64,000 bases of DNA from Halorutilales archaeon Cl-col2-1 (GTDB taxonomy: Archaea; Halobacteriota; Halobacteria; Halobacteriales; Afararchaeaceae). A program made the position numbers and the translations under genes. The notes under the pieces are model-generated. The model was not told where the DNA came from and searched no databases. It was given only the letters and a program-made list of their open reading frames with translations. Numbering within the stretch: position 1 is the stretch's first letter; each line of letters starts with the position of its first letter. Of the stretch, positions 18,180 to 26,693 are shown piece after piece. Location: assembly GCA_041891055.1 (NCBI GenBank), contig CP169074.1:1184001-1248000 (forward strand), given 5' to 3'.

Positions 18180-19139
18180 CTATAGCTCGATCCCTCTGAC
18201 CTCGACTCCCTCGCCGTCCTCGACACGTCCGACGACCTTCGCCTCGTACTCGTCGTCGTCCTCAACGATCTCGTCGGCGTCTTCCTCGGGGACGACTAAG
18301 GCGAAGCCCATTCCCATGTTGAATGTCGTGTGCATCTCCTTCTCGGAGACATCGCCGAGATCCTTTATGAAGTCGAAGACAGGGGGTATCGGAAGGGGGT
18401 CGTCGACGACGTACCTGTGGTCGGAGATACGTCCCAGGTTACTGAAGCCTCCTCCCGTGATATGTGCCATCCCGTGGACGTCGTACTCGTCGGCTATCCC
18501 GAGAGCCTCTGTGTAGATACGTGTCGGCTCTAAGAGTTCCTCTCCGACCGTCCTTCCGTCGTACGGGAGTTGGTCGTCGTACGAGTACTCCCGTGTCACC
18601 GCCTTCCTCGCGAGAGTCAGACCGTTCGAGTGGACGCCGCTCGAAGGAAGTCCGACGACTACGTCTCCCGCCTCGACCTCGGAGCCGTCTACTACCTCGT
18701 CGGGCTCTCCGATTCCGAGACAGGTTCCGGCGAGGTCTACGCCGTCGACGACCTCGGGCATCACGGCGGTCTCTCCGCCCACGATCTTGGCTCCTGCCCT
18801 CTCGGCACCTTCTTTTATCCCCTCGCCTATCTCACGTGATACGTCCTCGCTCGGCTCGTCGACGACGAGGTAGTCGACGAAGGCAGCGGGTGTGAGATTC
18901 ATGGCTATGAGGTCGTTGGCGTTCATCGCCATGCAGTCGATTCCTATAGTCGAGTAGTCGTCGACCGCCTCGGCGACGAGTATCTTCGTACCCACTCCGT
19001 CGGTAGTGAGTCCGAGGACGTAGTCACCAAGTTCGAGAAGACCCGCGTAGTCGCCGTGTTCCATCTCTATCTCGTCGGCGAGCGCCGACACCGCACGCTC
19101 GCTCGCTTCTATGTCCACACCCGCTTCAGCGTAGTCCAT
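18180..19139 (-). CDS. purM: Phosphoribosylformylglycinamidine cyclo-ligase (AIR synthetase)
   Basis: YAEAGVD, DGVGTK, GGETA, SSGVHSNG, HITGGG, FNMGMG. Confidence 0.97.
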   Translation of the reverse strand: MDYAEAGVDIEASERAVSALADEIEMEHGDYAGLLELGDYVLGLTTDGVGTKILVAEAVDDYSTIGIDCMAMNANDLIAMNLTPAAFVDYLVVDEPSEDVSREIGEGIKEGAERAGAKIVGGETAVMPEVVDGVDLAGTCLGIGEPDEVVDGSEVEAGDVVVGLPSSGVHSNGLTLARKAVTREYSYDDQLPYDGRTVGEELLEPTRIYTEALGIADEYDVHGMAHITGGGFSNLGRISDHRYVVDDPLPIPPVFDFIKDLGDVSEKEMHTTFNMGMGFALVVPEEDADEIVEDDDEYEAKVVGRVEDGEGVEVRGIEL

Positions 19140-19183
19140 GTTCCATCTGAGACAGGAGTTCTAAAATCGGTTATGGTTACGCT

Positions 19184-19828
19184 CTACAGAGACAGGAATC
19201 CCGACGAGTAGACAACGAGAACTACACTCAGTCCGAGGACTCCCGCGAAGACGCCCTTGCTCCACGACAGAACCTTTCTGCCGTCAAGAGGACCGAAAGG
19301 TATCATGTTGAAAGCCGCGAGGAAGGCGTTTACGAACATCCCGAACCGTCCCGCGCGCTCGACAATCCCTATATCCATGGTTCCCGCAACTGCGGTTGTG
19401 AGGCCGAAGACGGCGAAGAGACCCAGGTTGGTGGCGGGACCTGCGACCGAGATGACTCCGTTCTCACGGTCGGTTATACTTCTCTTCCCGTACGAGTATA
19501 TCTGAACAGCGCCGGGAGCGGCGAATAGGAAGCCCACAGCCGCGCTCACGATAGCTATCACAAGCATCTCGGGGTCGGCACGGAACTCAGCCCAGTAGCC
19601 GTAACGCTGTGCGACGACCTTGTGTGCGAGCTCGTGAAGGAGAAAGCCCGCACCCGCCGTGACGAAAGAGATTCCGAAGACGACTCCGAGCTCTAGGGGA
19701 TCTACGAGCATCGACGGGGACGAGAAGGGATCGGCGAATAGAAGCGTGACTGCGAGACTGAGAGCTAGCCACGCTACCCCAAGATGGAGTATCTCGGTCT
19801 TGCTAGTGCTGTCTTTATTGGTCGACAT
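19184..19828 (-). CDS. Site-2 (M50) family zinc metalloprotease
   Basis: HELAH, AGPATN, FNMIPFGPLDG. Confidence 0.9.
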   Translation of the reverse strand: MSTNKDSTSKTEILHLGVAWLALSLAVTLLFADPFSSPSMLVDPLELGVVFGISFVTAGAGFLLHELAHKVVAQRYGYWAEFRADPEMLVIAIVSAAVGFLFAAPGAVQIYSYGKRSITDRENGVISVAGPATNLGLFAVFGLTTAVAGTMDIGIVERAGRFGMFVNAFLAAFNMIPFGPLDGRKVLSWSKGVFAGVLGLSVVLVVYSSGFLSL

Positions 19829-19884
19829 CTACATAATATACTGACTCGAAAGGCTTGGGACTGTCGTTCTACTCATACATACAG

Positions 19885-20289
19885 TCACAGATCCTCTGTC
19901 TCGGCGACGAACTCCCTCACCTCGTCGGGTATCCTCACGGAGTTAAAGTCGTCGTCGGTGAAGACGTGTTTGACGTAGCCGTCTGCGACGTCGTCGCCGT
20001 CCCTCGTGACCTCGAACTCGAAGCTCAGAGACGTCTCACCCATCTCGACGACCTCCGCCTCGACTACGGCGATGTCTCCCGCCTTGAGAGGTGTGTAGAA
20101 GTCACAGTCGGCGGTCACGGTGGGTATCTTGATCCCCTCGTGTCTCATCTCTTCCATGAGATGGTCGGAGATCGGCTCGAAGTATGCGTTGAACGCCTTG
20201 ACGAAGAACGAGAAGATCTGTGGGTAGTAGATCAGACCTCCCGCGTCGGTGTCACCCCATCTGACGTCTATAGAAGACTTCCTCGGCAT
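19885..20289 (-). CDS. Acyl-CoA thioesterase (4HBT hotdog family)
   Basis: VRWGDTDAGGLIYYP, PLKAGD, GETSLSFEF. Confidence 0.88.
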   Translation of the reverse strand: MPRKSSIDVRWGDTDAGGLIYYPQIFSFFVKAFNAYFEPISDHLMEEMRHEGIKIPTVTADCDFYTPLKAGDIAVVEAEVVEMGETSLSFEFEVTRDGDDVADGYVKHVFTDDDFNSVRIPDEVREFVAETEDL

Positions 20290-20352
20290 ACTACGAGGTC
20301 GTAGTCGCCGAATAAAAGTTAAAGGATATATGTCGGGGTACGAAGTTGGCTT

Positions 20353-21783
20353 ATGGGACTTCTAGACAGATTCAGGTCTGACGAGGATCAGAGTCAGAAG
20401 GTCGCTTTCATAGGAATAGACGGTGTGCCGAAGTCTCTCCTCACGGATCTCATCGAAGACGGCAGGCTCCCCAACATAGAACGTATCTCGGGCGGCGATA
20501 TCGATAGCATGAACGCAGTCGTTCCCCCAGAGTCAAGCGCGTGCTGGCCTGCGATGACGACGGGTACGAACCCCGGGAAGACGGGGGTTCTCGGCTTTCA
20601 GGAACGTGAGAGAGGCTCCTACGACACCTATATACCCCTTGGAAAACACGTCAAGTCGAAACGCGTCTGGGACGTAGTCGGGGACTCGGGAAGGAGAAGC
20701 GTCGTCTCGAACGTTCCCGTGACATTCCCGCCCGAGGAGATAGACGGTACTATGGTGTCGGGCTTCCTCACGCCCGAGATAGAGTCGGTATCGAACGACC
20801 CCGAGGTCGTCGAGTACCTCAAGTCGATAGACTACCGCGTAGACGTCGACGCCAGCTTAGGACACGACGACAAGGAGGAGTTCATACGTAACGCGAGGGA
20901 GACACTCGACGCACGTGCCGAGGCTCTCTACCATTTCATAGAGAACGAGGACTGGTCGCTCCTCTGGCACGTCTTCATGGCGACCGACAGGGTCAACCAT
21001 TTCCTCTGGGAGAACTACGAGGAGGGTGACCAACTCGGCGACGAGTTCGTGGAGTTCTACGAGAGAGTCGATGAGATCATAGGCGAGATCCGTGAGAGGC
21101 TCGACGACGACACGTCGATGATAGTCGCCGCCGACCACGGCTTCTGCCGACTCGAACACGAGATAGACATGAACGCGTGGCTACGTGACGAGGGATGGCA
21201 GTCACTCGACGTCGAAGCCGAGGAGGGTGACTGCGAAGTCGAGACGAGCCTCGAAAACATCACCGACGACACGAAGGCATACAGCCTGATACCCGGACGT
21301 TTCTACATAAACCTCGAAGGACGCGAGCCACGAGGAAGCGTCTCAGAAGACGACTACGACGAGGTGCGCGACCAACTCGTCGGGATGCTCGAAGACCTCG
21401 AAGACCCCGATGGCAACGAGGTTATGGAGGAAGTCTATGTCCGCGAGGAGGTCTATGAAGGCGACGAGTTCGGTATAACACCCGATGTCGTCTGTGTCCC
21501 CAACCGAGGATACGACCTCAAGGCGTCTTTCGGTCCTGACAAGCCCGTCTACAAGAAGGGCGAGAGGAACGGAATGCACACATTCGACGACGCTACTCTG
21601 ATAGTCGATATTCGCGAATCTGAGGATTCGCGTGCACACGAGAACGAAAGTTCTCGGGATACCGGCGACGAAGTCGAGATAGACGCCGACGACGCCTCGA
21701 TTATCGATGTGGCTCCGACTGTCCTCGACCTGATGGATATAGACGCGCCCGATGAGATCGACGGCGAGAGTCTGGTTAAGTAA
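20353..21783 (+). CDS. Alkaline phosphatase superfamily (nucleotide pyrophosphatase/phosphodiesterase-like), with a 17-aa insertion near the C-terminus
   Basis: FIGIDG, PPESSACW...TGTNPGKTG, DRVNH, ADHGF, GMH, DVAPT. Confidence 0.88.
   Translation: MGLLDRFRSDEDQSQKVAFIGIDGVPKSLLTDLIEDGRLPNIERISGGDIDSMNAVVPPESSACWPAMTTGTNPGKTGVLGFQERERGSYDTYIPLGKHVKSKRVWDVVGDSGRRSVVSNVPVTFPPEEIDGTMVSGFLTPEIESVSNDPEVVEYLKSIDYRVDVDASLGHDDKEEFIRNARETLDARAEALYHFIENEDWSLLWHVFMATDRVNHFLWENYEEGDQLGDEFVEFYERVDEIIGEIRERLDDDTSMIVAADHGFCRLEHEIDMNAWLRDEGWQSLDVEAEEGDCEVETSLENITDDTKAYSLIPGRFYINLEGREPRGSVSEDDYDEVRDQLVGMLEDLEDPDGNEVMEEVYVREEVYEGDEFGITPDVVCVPNRGYDLKASFGPDKPVYKKGERNGMHTFDDATLIVDIRESEDSRAHENESSRDTGDEVEIDADDASIIDVAPTVLDLMDIDAPDEIDGESLVK
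21611..21659 (+). repeat. 49-bp double-hairpin mini-element, in frame in CDS, TA flanking duplication
   Basis: ta|TT CGCGAATC tgag GATTCGCG tgcac aCGAGAAC gaaa GTTCTCGg GA|ta. Confidence 0.8.
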
Positions 21784-21834
21784 ATAATCTGGTTGAGTAA
21801 GTAAGAGTGAGGAATTCTACTCTACTCTTTACCC

Positions 21835-22602
21835 TCACTCCGTGAATCCGTAGCCTCTTCTGAAGAGGTAGACGTCGACGCCTATTACGACAGCGGTGAG
21901 TACCGAGAGTACGACGAAGGCGGCGTTGGGATCGACGTCGGAGTAGCCTATCATTCCGTAACGCAGACCGTTGACCATGTAGACCATCGGGTTGAGGAGA
22001 GAGACTGTCTCCCACGGCGACGGGAGTATCTCTAACGAGTAGAAGACTCCGCCGAAGAAGACGAGGGGACGGACTATGAACTGGTTCATCACGGTGAGGT
22101 AGTCGAAGTCCTCCGCCCAGAGTCCTCCTATCACGCCGAGCGACGCGAAGAGGAGTGATATCACTGAGATGAAGCCGATAATGTAGACGGGATGCGCGAA
22201 GCTCACGGGTGTGAAGAAGGCTCCGACGATACCGATCAGGATTCCTATCAGGACTCCCCTCAACGCGCTCGAAAGTATGTAGGCGAGAACCATCTCAGTG
22301 TACGACAGAGGCGAGGTTATGACCTCGTGTATGTACTCGTTCCATCTGCCGTGGAAGATCGAGAAAGACGAGTTCTCGAACGAGTTCGAGATCATGCCGA
22401 GGACTATCAGACCCGGGAGAATGAAGAGTATGTACGAGAAGCCCTGTATCTCGTCTATGCGTCCTCCGAGTATGACTCCGAAGACTGAGAAGTAGAGTAT
22501 GTTGGTGATGAGAGGCGGCACGAACGTGTTCCGAGGTCTCCTGAGATATCTCATCGTCTCGCGCCTCAGAAGTGTCACGAACCCCCTAGATACTACAGAC
22601 AC
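21835..22602 (-). CDS. ABC-2 type transporter permease (YadH-like)
   Basis: Six TM helices, FILPGL, FGGVFY, LLNPMVYMVNGLRY. Confidence 0.92.
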   Translation of the reverse strand: MSVVSRGFVTLLRRETMRYLRRPRNTFVPPLITNILYFSVFGVILGGRIDEIQGFSYILFILPGLIVLGMISNSFENSSFSIFHGRWNEYIHEVITSPLSYTEMVLAYILSSALRGVLIGILIGIVGAFFTPVSFAHPVYIIGFISVISLLFASLGVIGGLWAEDFDYLTVMNQFIVRPLVFFGGVFYSLEILPSPWETVSLLNPMVYMVNGLRYGMIGYSDVDPNAAFVVLSVLTAVVIGVDVYLFRRGYGFTE

Positions 22603-22603
22603 T

Positions 22604-23560
22604 CTAACACCTCCCCTCGGCTTCTGCTTCGGAGTCTGTCTCCTCCCTAGTCATGTCGACGAATATCTCTTCGAGAGAAGTCCGTGACATCTCCATGTCG
22701 AGTATCTCGTGTCCCTCGGCTTCAAGCTCCTTTATGACCTCGGGGGCTACCTCGCCACAGCAGTCCGACTCGACGACGACCTCGCCGTCACGTACCTCTG
22801 TTCCGACGACTTGGGGATTGTCACGGCAGACCGACGGGGCCTCGTCGGGCGTCTCCCTGAGTCTGAACCTCAGCCTGTCGACCCCTCTGTCGGTGAGGTC
22901 GTCGGGGCTCGCGACCTCTATCTTCTCGCCCTCGTCGAGTATCGCGACGCGCTCACAGAGGCGTTCCGCCTCCTCTATGTAATGCGTCGTGAGGAGTATA
23001 GTCGTACCGTCCTGGTTCATCTCACGTATTATGTCCCAGAGGTCGTGTCTTAGCTGTACGTCGACTCCCGCGGTGGGCTCGTCGAGTATGAGGAGGTCGG
23101 GGTCGGTGACCATCGCGCGTGCGAGCATGAACCTCCTCTTCATCCCCCCCGAGAGCCAGTCGAATCTCGTGTCACGTTTGTCGTATATCCCGACGGTTCG
23201 GAGAGCCTCCTCCGCCCTCCTCGTCGCCTCGTCGCTCGCGACACCGTGGTACCCCGCCTTGTGTTCGAGAACTTCCTGTATAGAGAAGAAACGGTCGACG
23301 TTGAACTCCTGAGGCGCGATACCCACTATGTCACGCACCTTCTGGTAGTCGTCCTCGACGTCGTAGCCGAAGACTCTCGCCTCACCGCGGCTCTTCTTGA
23401 CGAGTCCGACGAGTATGTTGATGAAAGTGGTCTTCCCCGCGCCGTTGGGTCCCAGAAGACCGAAGAACTCGCCGTCCTCGACCTCTATGTCGACGCCCTC
23501 AAGTGCCTTGAGGTCGCCGTACTCCTTCTCCAGACCTTCAGTCTCTATAGCAAGAGGCAT
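22604..23560 (-). CDS. ABC transporter ATP-binding protein (YadG-like)
   Basis: GPNGAGKTT, LSGGMKRR, ILDEPT, TTH. Confidence 0.95.
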   Translation of the reverse strand: MPLAIETEGLEKEYGDLKALEGVDIEVEDGEFFGLLGPNGAGKTTFINILVGLVKKSRGEARVFGYDVEDDYQKVRDIVGIAPQEFNVDRFFSIQEVLEHKAGYHGVASDEATRRAEEALRTVGIYDKRDTRFDWLSGGMKRRFMLARAMVTDPDLLILDEPTAGVDVQLRHDLWDIIREMNQDGTTILLTTHYIEEAERLCERVAILDEGEKIEVASPDDLTDRGVDRLRFRLRETPDEAPSVCRDNPQVVGTEVRDGEVVVESDCCGEVAPEVIKELEAEGHEILDMEMSRTSLEEIFVDMTREETDSEAEAEGRC

Positions 23561-23629
23561 CTACACGAGATACGTCGCTCGCAGGATTAAGCCTGCTGAA
23601 TTAAGCTGTAAAGAGAAGATACGTCTATT

Positions 23630-23809
23630 CTACTCTTCGTCCTGTACGTCGTTCTTGAACCTCTCCAGAAGCTCGTCCGCCTCGGGAGTCTCGTACGAGA
23701 CGTCCCCATCGTAAGACTCAGTAGTTATCTGATCTGTGTCGGCGACGTCGTCTTCGATGTTACCCTCGTGTTTCTGCTGTTCGCTCTCGTCATAGGAGCC
23801 CATCCCCAT
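23630..23809 (-). CDS. Small acidic haloarchaeal protein (DUF5786-like)
   Basis: MGMGSYDESEQ... N-terminus typical of this family (from recall). Confidence 0.7.
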   Translation of the reverse strand: MGMGSYDESEQQKHEGNIEDDVADTDQITTESYDGDVSYETPEADELLERFKNDVQDEE

Positions 23810-23906
23810 TTTATCGCCCACCTAGTAAAAATGGCTGAAAGTTTAAAAAAACTACTGACGCCCGAGTGGGAACCCTTTTTGTTACGCCGAGACCAACTCT
23901 ACTTTC

Positions 23907-24140
23907 ATGGAGGACATAGAGTCAGAGAGAAAAAAGGGACTGTATCTCGTGGTCGGCGGGATCGTTCTCGTGGTCATAGGGGGACTACTCAGCACCCCCT
24001 CGACACCCCTTTCAGTGACTACTAAGACAGCGAGTTTGCTTCCTGTCGTCGGTGTAGTCCTAGTGATCTGGGGAGTCGTCGTCCTCAAACGCGTCAAGGA
24101 AGACGAGATGAGAAGAAAGAGAAGATCCAAACGAGAGTAA
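23907..24140 (+). CDS. Small 2-TM membrane protein
   Basis: Two hydrophobic segments and a basic tail; ends immediately before the IS right end. Confidence 0.6.
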   Translation: MEDIESERKKGLYLVVGGIVLVVIGGLLSTPSTPLSVTTKTASLLPVVGVVLVIWGVVVLKRVKEDEMRRKRRSKRE

Positions 24141-24167
24141 CGTGAAGTACCTCGGGGACAAGCCCCG

Positions 24168-24263
24168 TCACAAGATCTCCGATCTTGTTGGCACGTCAAA
24201 CAAAGTTTGACGAACGTCCCGAGATCTTCGATCTCGTGTGCTCGCAAATCGAAGATTTGCGAA
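24168..24263 (-). repeat. Two tandem 47-bp double-hairpin mini-elements separated and flanked by CG
   Basis: cg|TC ACAAGATC tcc GATCTTGT tggca CGTCAAAC aaa GTTTGACG AA|cg|TC cCGAGATC ttc GATCTCGt gtgct CGCAAATC gaa GATTTGCG AA|cg. Confidence 0.8.
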
Positions 24264-24593
24264 CGAGGCTTCACCGTTTTGTCCATGTCGTCCAGAAACG
24301 GACGGATGGACGCATGCGAATTTAATTCCCCTCGTCCTTCCCGAGATGGGTCGGCTGGAATTAACACCCGAACACTCGCTATGTCCGTGAGGGTCGGTCG
24401 CTCCACCACGACCCGACAACTCCCGTCTCACTGCCAGTGGCAGGTTTTGAGAGGAGTCGCATTTCCAAGCCTCCGCAGTCAGCATTGGATTAAGGTCTTT
24501 AATCCGTCTTTTGGGTCTCTGACTGTACCAACGTATTGGAAATGTGTGTTGATTAACCTTTACCTTTCGACGGGCTTCACCCTCGGGGTCAAG

Positions 24594-24645
24594 TCAAGGA
24601 AAATCTTTGATTTTCCGTATCCCAAAAAGCTCTGCTTTTTGAAGA
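24594..24645. repeat. Variant double-hairpin insert in the IS left end
   Basis: GGAAAATC ttt GATTTTCC gtatcc CAAAAAGC tct GCTTTTTG; removing it restores GGGGTCAAG-CCCCGAGG. Confidence 0.65.
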
Positions 24646-24712
24646 CCCCGAGGCACTCGCCCTGTTCAACCTGTAGAGTAGAAAGGAAGCCACACCTTAC
24701 GCTACTCCTAAT

Positions 24713-25006
24713 CTAAAGCATACTGCTGCTGTCGGAGCCGTCTACCCCGGGGTCATCGGTGTACTCAGTTCCGGTGTCGGACGCACAGTTTCTGCAGTAC
24801 CTGTACTGTGCCTCAGTCATCTCATCACACTCGGGACACGGAACCATACTACCCCACTCGGTCTCGACCACCTCATCCTCCGCACGGCGGCGTGTCAGCC
24901 AGCCTCTCAGAATCTGTAGGAGTGCGAGACCCACGAAGACGGCTGTGCTGAAGACTAGTATAGCGTAGGGTGACGTCGTCCCGGATAGCTGTTCGATGCC
25001 GAACAT
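24713..25006 (-). CDS. Membrane-anchored zinc-ribbon protein
   Basis: One TM helix then CPEC...YRYCRNC. Confidence 0.75.
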   Translation of the reverse strand: MFGIEQLSGTTSPYAILVFSTAVFVGLALLQILRGWLTRRRAEDEVVETEWGSMVPCPECDEMTEAQYRYCRNCASDTGTEYTDDPGVDGSDSSSML

Positions 25007-25007
25007 A

Positions 25008-25361
25008 CTATGCCTCCTCGTGACTGAGCTCGAGTATCCACTGCGTGAAGGCGTCCGAGCTCACCGGGTCTACCTCCTCCTCGGTTCCTATGAAGGGCGA
25101 TATCATGTCTCCCGCCATCAGGAGCGAGTAGTCGAGGCTCTGACGCACGGGTCTCACGACGTAAGTCCTGTTGCCCTCGTAGACCGCCTCCTCGCGCTCA
25201 ACGAGACCCGCGTCGGCGAGCTTCGAGACTATACGGCTTGCCTTCTTGCTACTGATGTCGAGCTCCTTCCAGATCTGACTCTGATAGGCTTCGCCCTCGT
25301 CTTCTATGTGTCGTAACGCCTTCCTCTCGTCGGCGCTGAGTTCTTCGTCGGACATCTTCAT
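25008..25361 (-). CDS. MarR-like winged-helix transcriptional regulator
   Basis: YQSQIWKELDISSKKASRIVSKLADAGLVER. Confidence 0.85.
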   Translation of the reverse strand: MKMSDEELSADERKALRHIEDEGEAYQSQIWKELDISSKKASRIVSKLADAGLVEREEAVYEGNRTYVVRPVRQSLDYSLLMAGDMISPFIGTEEEVDPVSSDAFTQWILELSHEEA

Positions 25362-25367
25362 CTTGGA

Positions 25368-25781
25368 TTAAAACGGGTCTTCGACGTCCCTCTCGACTAG
25401 CTCTATCTCGTGTCCGTCTGGATCCTTGACGAAGGCGTAGGAGCCGCCACACGAGTCGGGGTCACGGTAGTCGTCGACACCGCGTTCCATAAGTTCGTCG
25501 TAAGCCTCGTAGACATCATCGACCGCTATGGCGAAATGTCCCCATGCGTCTCCGAAGTCGTAAGTCTGTTTCTCGCCCGTCTCGGGGTCGGGATGGTTGT
25601 AGGTCATCTCTATGAGATGGTGGTCGTCCTCAGCGTCCTCGGGACCCATGAATATGAGGTCGAAGCCGTCGGCGTTGACCTCCCTGTGTACAACCCAGTC
25701 GAGCATCTCACGGTACCACTCGACCGACTCCTCCCTGTCCTCGACCCTTATCATCGTGTGGTCGATGTAGCTTCCTACCAT
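25368..25781 (-). CDS. VOC family protein (lactoylglutathione lyase-like)
   Basis: DHTMIRV, IEMTYN, WGHFAIAVDD, FVKDPDGHEIE. Confidence 0.88.
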   Translation of the reverse strand: MVGSYIDHTMIRVEDREESVEWYREMLDWVVHREVNADGFDLIFMGPEDAEDDHHLIEMTYNHPDPETGEKQTYDFGDAWGHFAIAVDDVYEAYDELMERGVDDYRDPDSCGGSYAFVKDPDGHEIELVERDVEDPF

Positions 25782-25847
25782 GTCGGTAGATAACTCGGCT
25801 TGTAGTAACAGTCTTGCGGTTGTTATAAGCTACTAACCACGAAAAGC

Positions 25848-26693
25848 TCAGAGTAGCTTCTCCCTCACGTTGTCGAAGAAGGTCTTCTCAGTCTTGACGA
25901 AGAGAGCGTCCTTCTCGGCTCGTGTAAACCGTATCTCGTCTCCCGGCTCTATGTTCGTGATATGTGATCCGTCTATGACTACCGCCGCCTCCCTCTCGGA
26001 TCTCTTCGGCTCTATGACTGTCTCGTCCTCCGAGTCGAGAACCCAAGGCACGGTGTTCATACGGAACGGGGCGAGAGGTACGACGAGGAAAGCCTCGACG
26101 CTCGGATTGACGAGGGGCCCCCCCGCGCTCATCGAGTAGGCGGTCGACCCCGTCGGCGTCGCCGTGACTATGCCATCGGATCTCACCGACTCGACGTGTT
26201 CGCCCGCGTGGTAGACATCGAACTCCATTATCTTAGCGGGACGTGACGTGACTATCACGGTCTCGTTGAGTCCCGGAGGTAGCTTAGTCCCATTTAGCTC
26301 TATCCCGAGACGCTCACGTCTCTCTGTCTCGAAGCCTTCGAGAACCTCGGCGACTGCTTCGACTGCGTCGGTGGGGTCGACGTGGGCGAGGAAGCCGACA
26401 CGTCCCGTGTTTATTCCGAGTACTGGGACAGGGTCACGCATCTGTCGTATGGTTCTGAGTATAGTTCCGTCTCCTCCGACAGTGACCACAACATCGGCGT
26501 CCATCTGGTCTATCGCGACGGCGTCTTCCGATCCGAGCGCACGCCCTGTTCCCTTGTTAAAGGTGTACTCGACGCCCTCATCTTCGAGGAACTCGGCTAT
26601 GTCGGTCACGACCTCCTCCGAGAGATCGACACGTTCCTTCGCTGTGTCGCCGTCGGAGTCACGTACGTAGTGTGAGACAATGCCTATCCTCAT
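25848..26693 (-). CDS. nadK: NAD kinase
   Basis: GGDGTIL, GRVGFL, NE, DG...TPTGSTAYSMSAGGP. Confidence 0.95.
   Translation of the reverse strand: MRIGIVSHYVRDSDGDTAKERVDLSEEVVTDIAEFLEDEGVEYTFNKGTGRALGSEDAVAIDQMDADVVVTVGGDGTILRTIRQMRDPVPVLGINTGRVGFLAHVDPTDAVEAVAEVLEGFETERRERLGIELNGTKLPPGLNETVIVTSRPAKIMEFDVYHAGEHVESVRSDGIVTATPTGSTAYSMSAGGPLVNPSVEAFLVVPLAPFRMNTVPWVLDSEDETVIEPKRSEREAAVVIDGSHITNIEPGDEIRFTRAEKDALFVKTEKTFFDNVREKLL

Larger units (their letters stand above)
24142..24672 (-). mobile_element. Non-autonomous IS200/IS605-type element (both ends, no tnpA/tnpB ORF)
   Basis: Minus strand begins CTAC|AGGTTGAACAGGGCGAGTGCCTCGGGG...TTGACCCCGAGGGTGAAGCCCG and ends GGTGAAGCCTCG...GGGCTTGTCCCCGAGGTACTTCAC; both subterminal CCTCGGGG/CCCCGAGG hairpins are interrupted by inserts. 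Confidence 0.72.

Noticed and set aside
24166-24265. Periodic palindromic units as a mini-CRISPR array
   Set aside because: No identical repeats with unique spacers and no cas genes; the units are structural analogues, reported instead as mini-elements.
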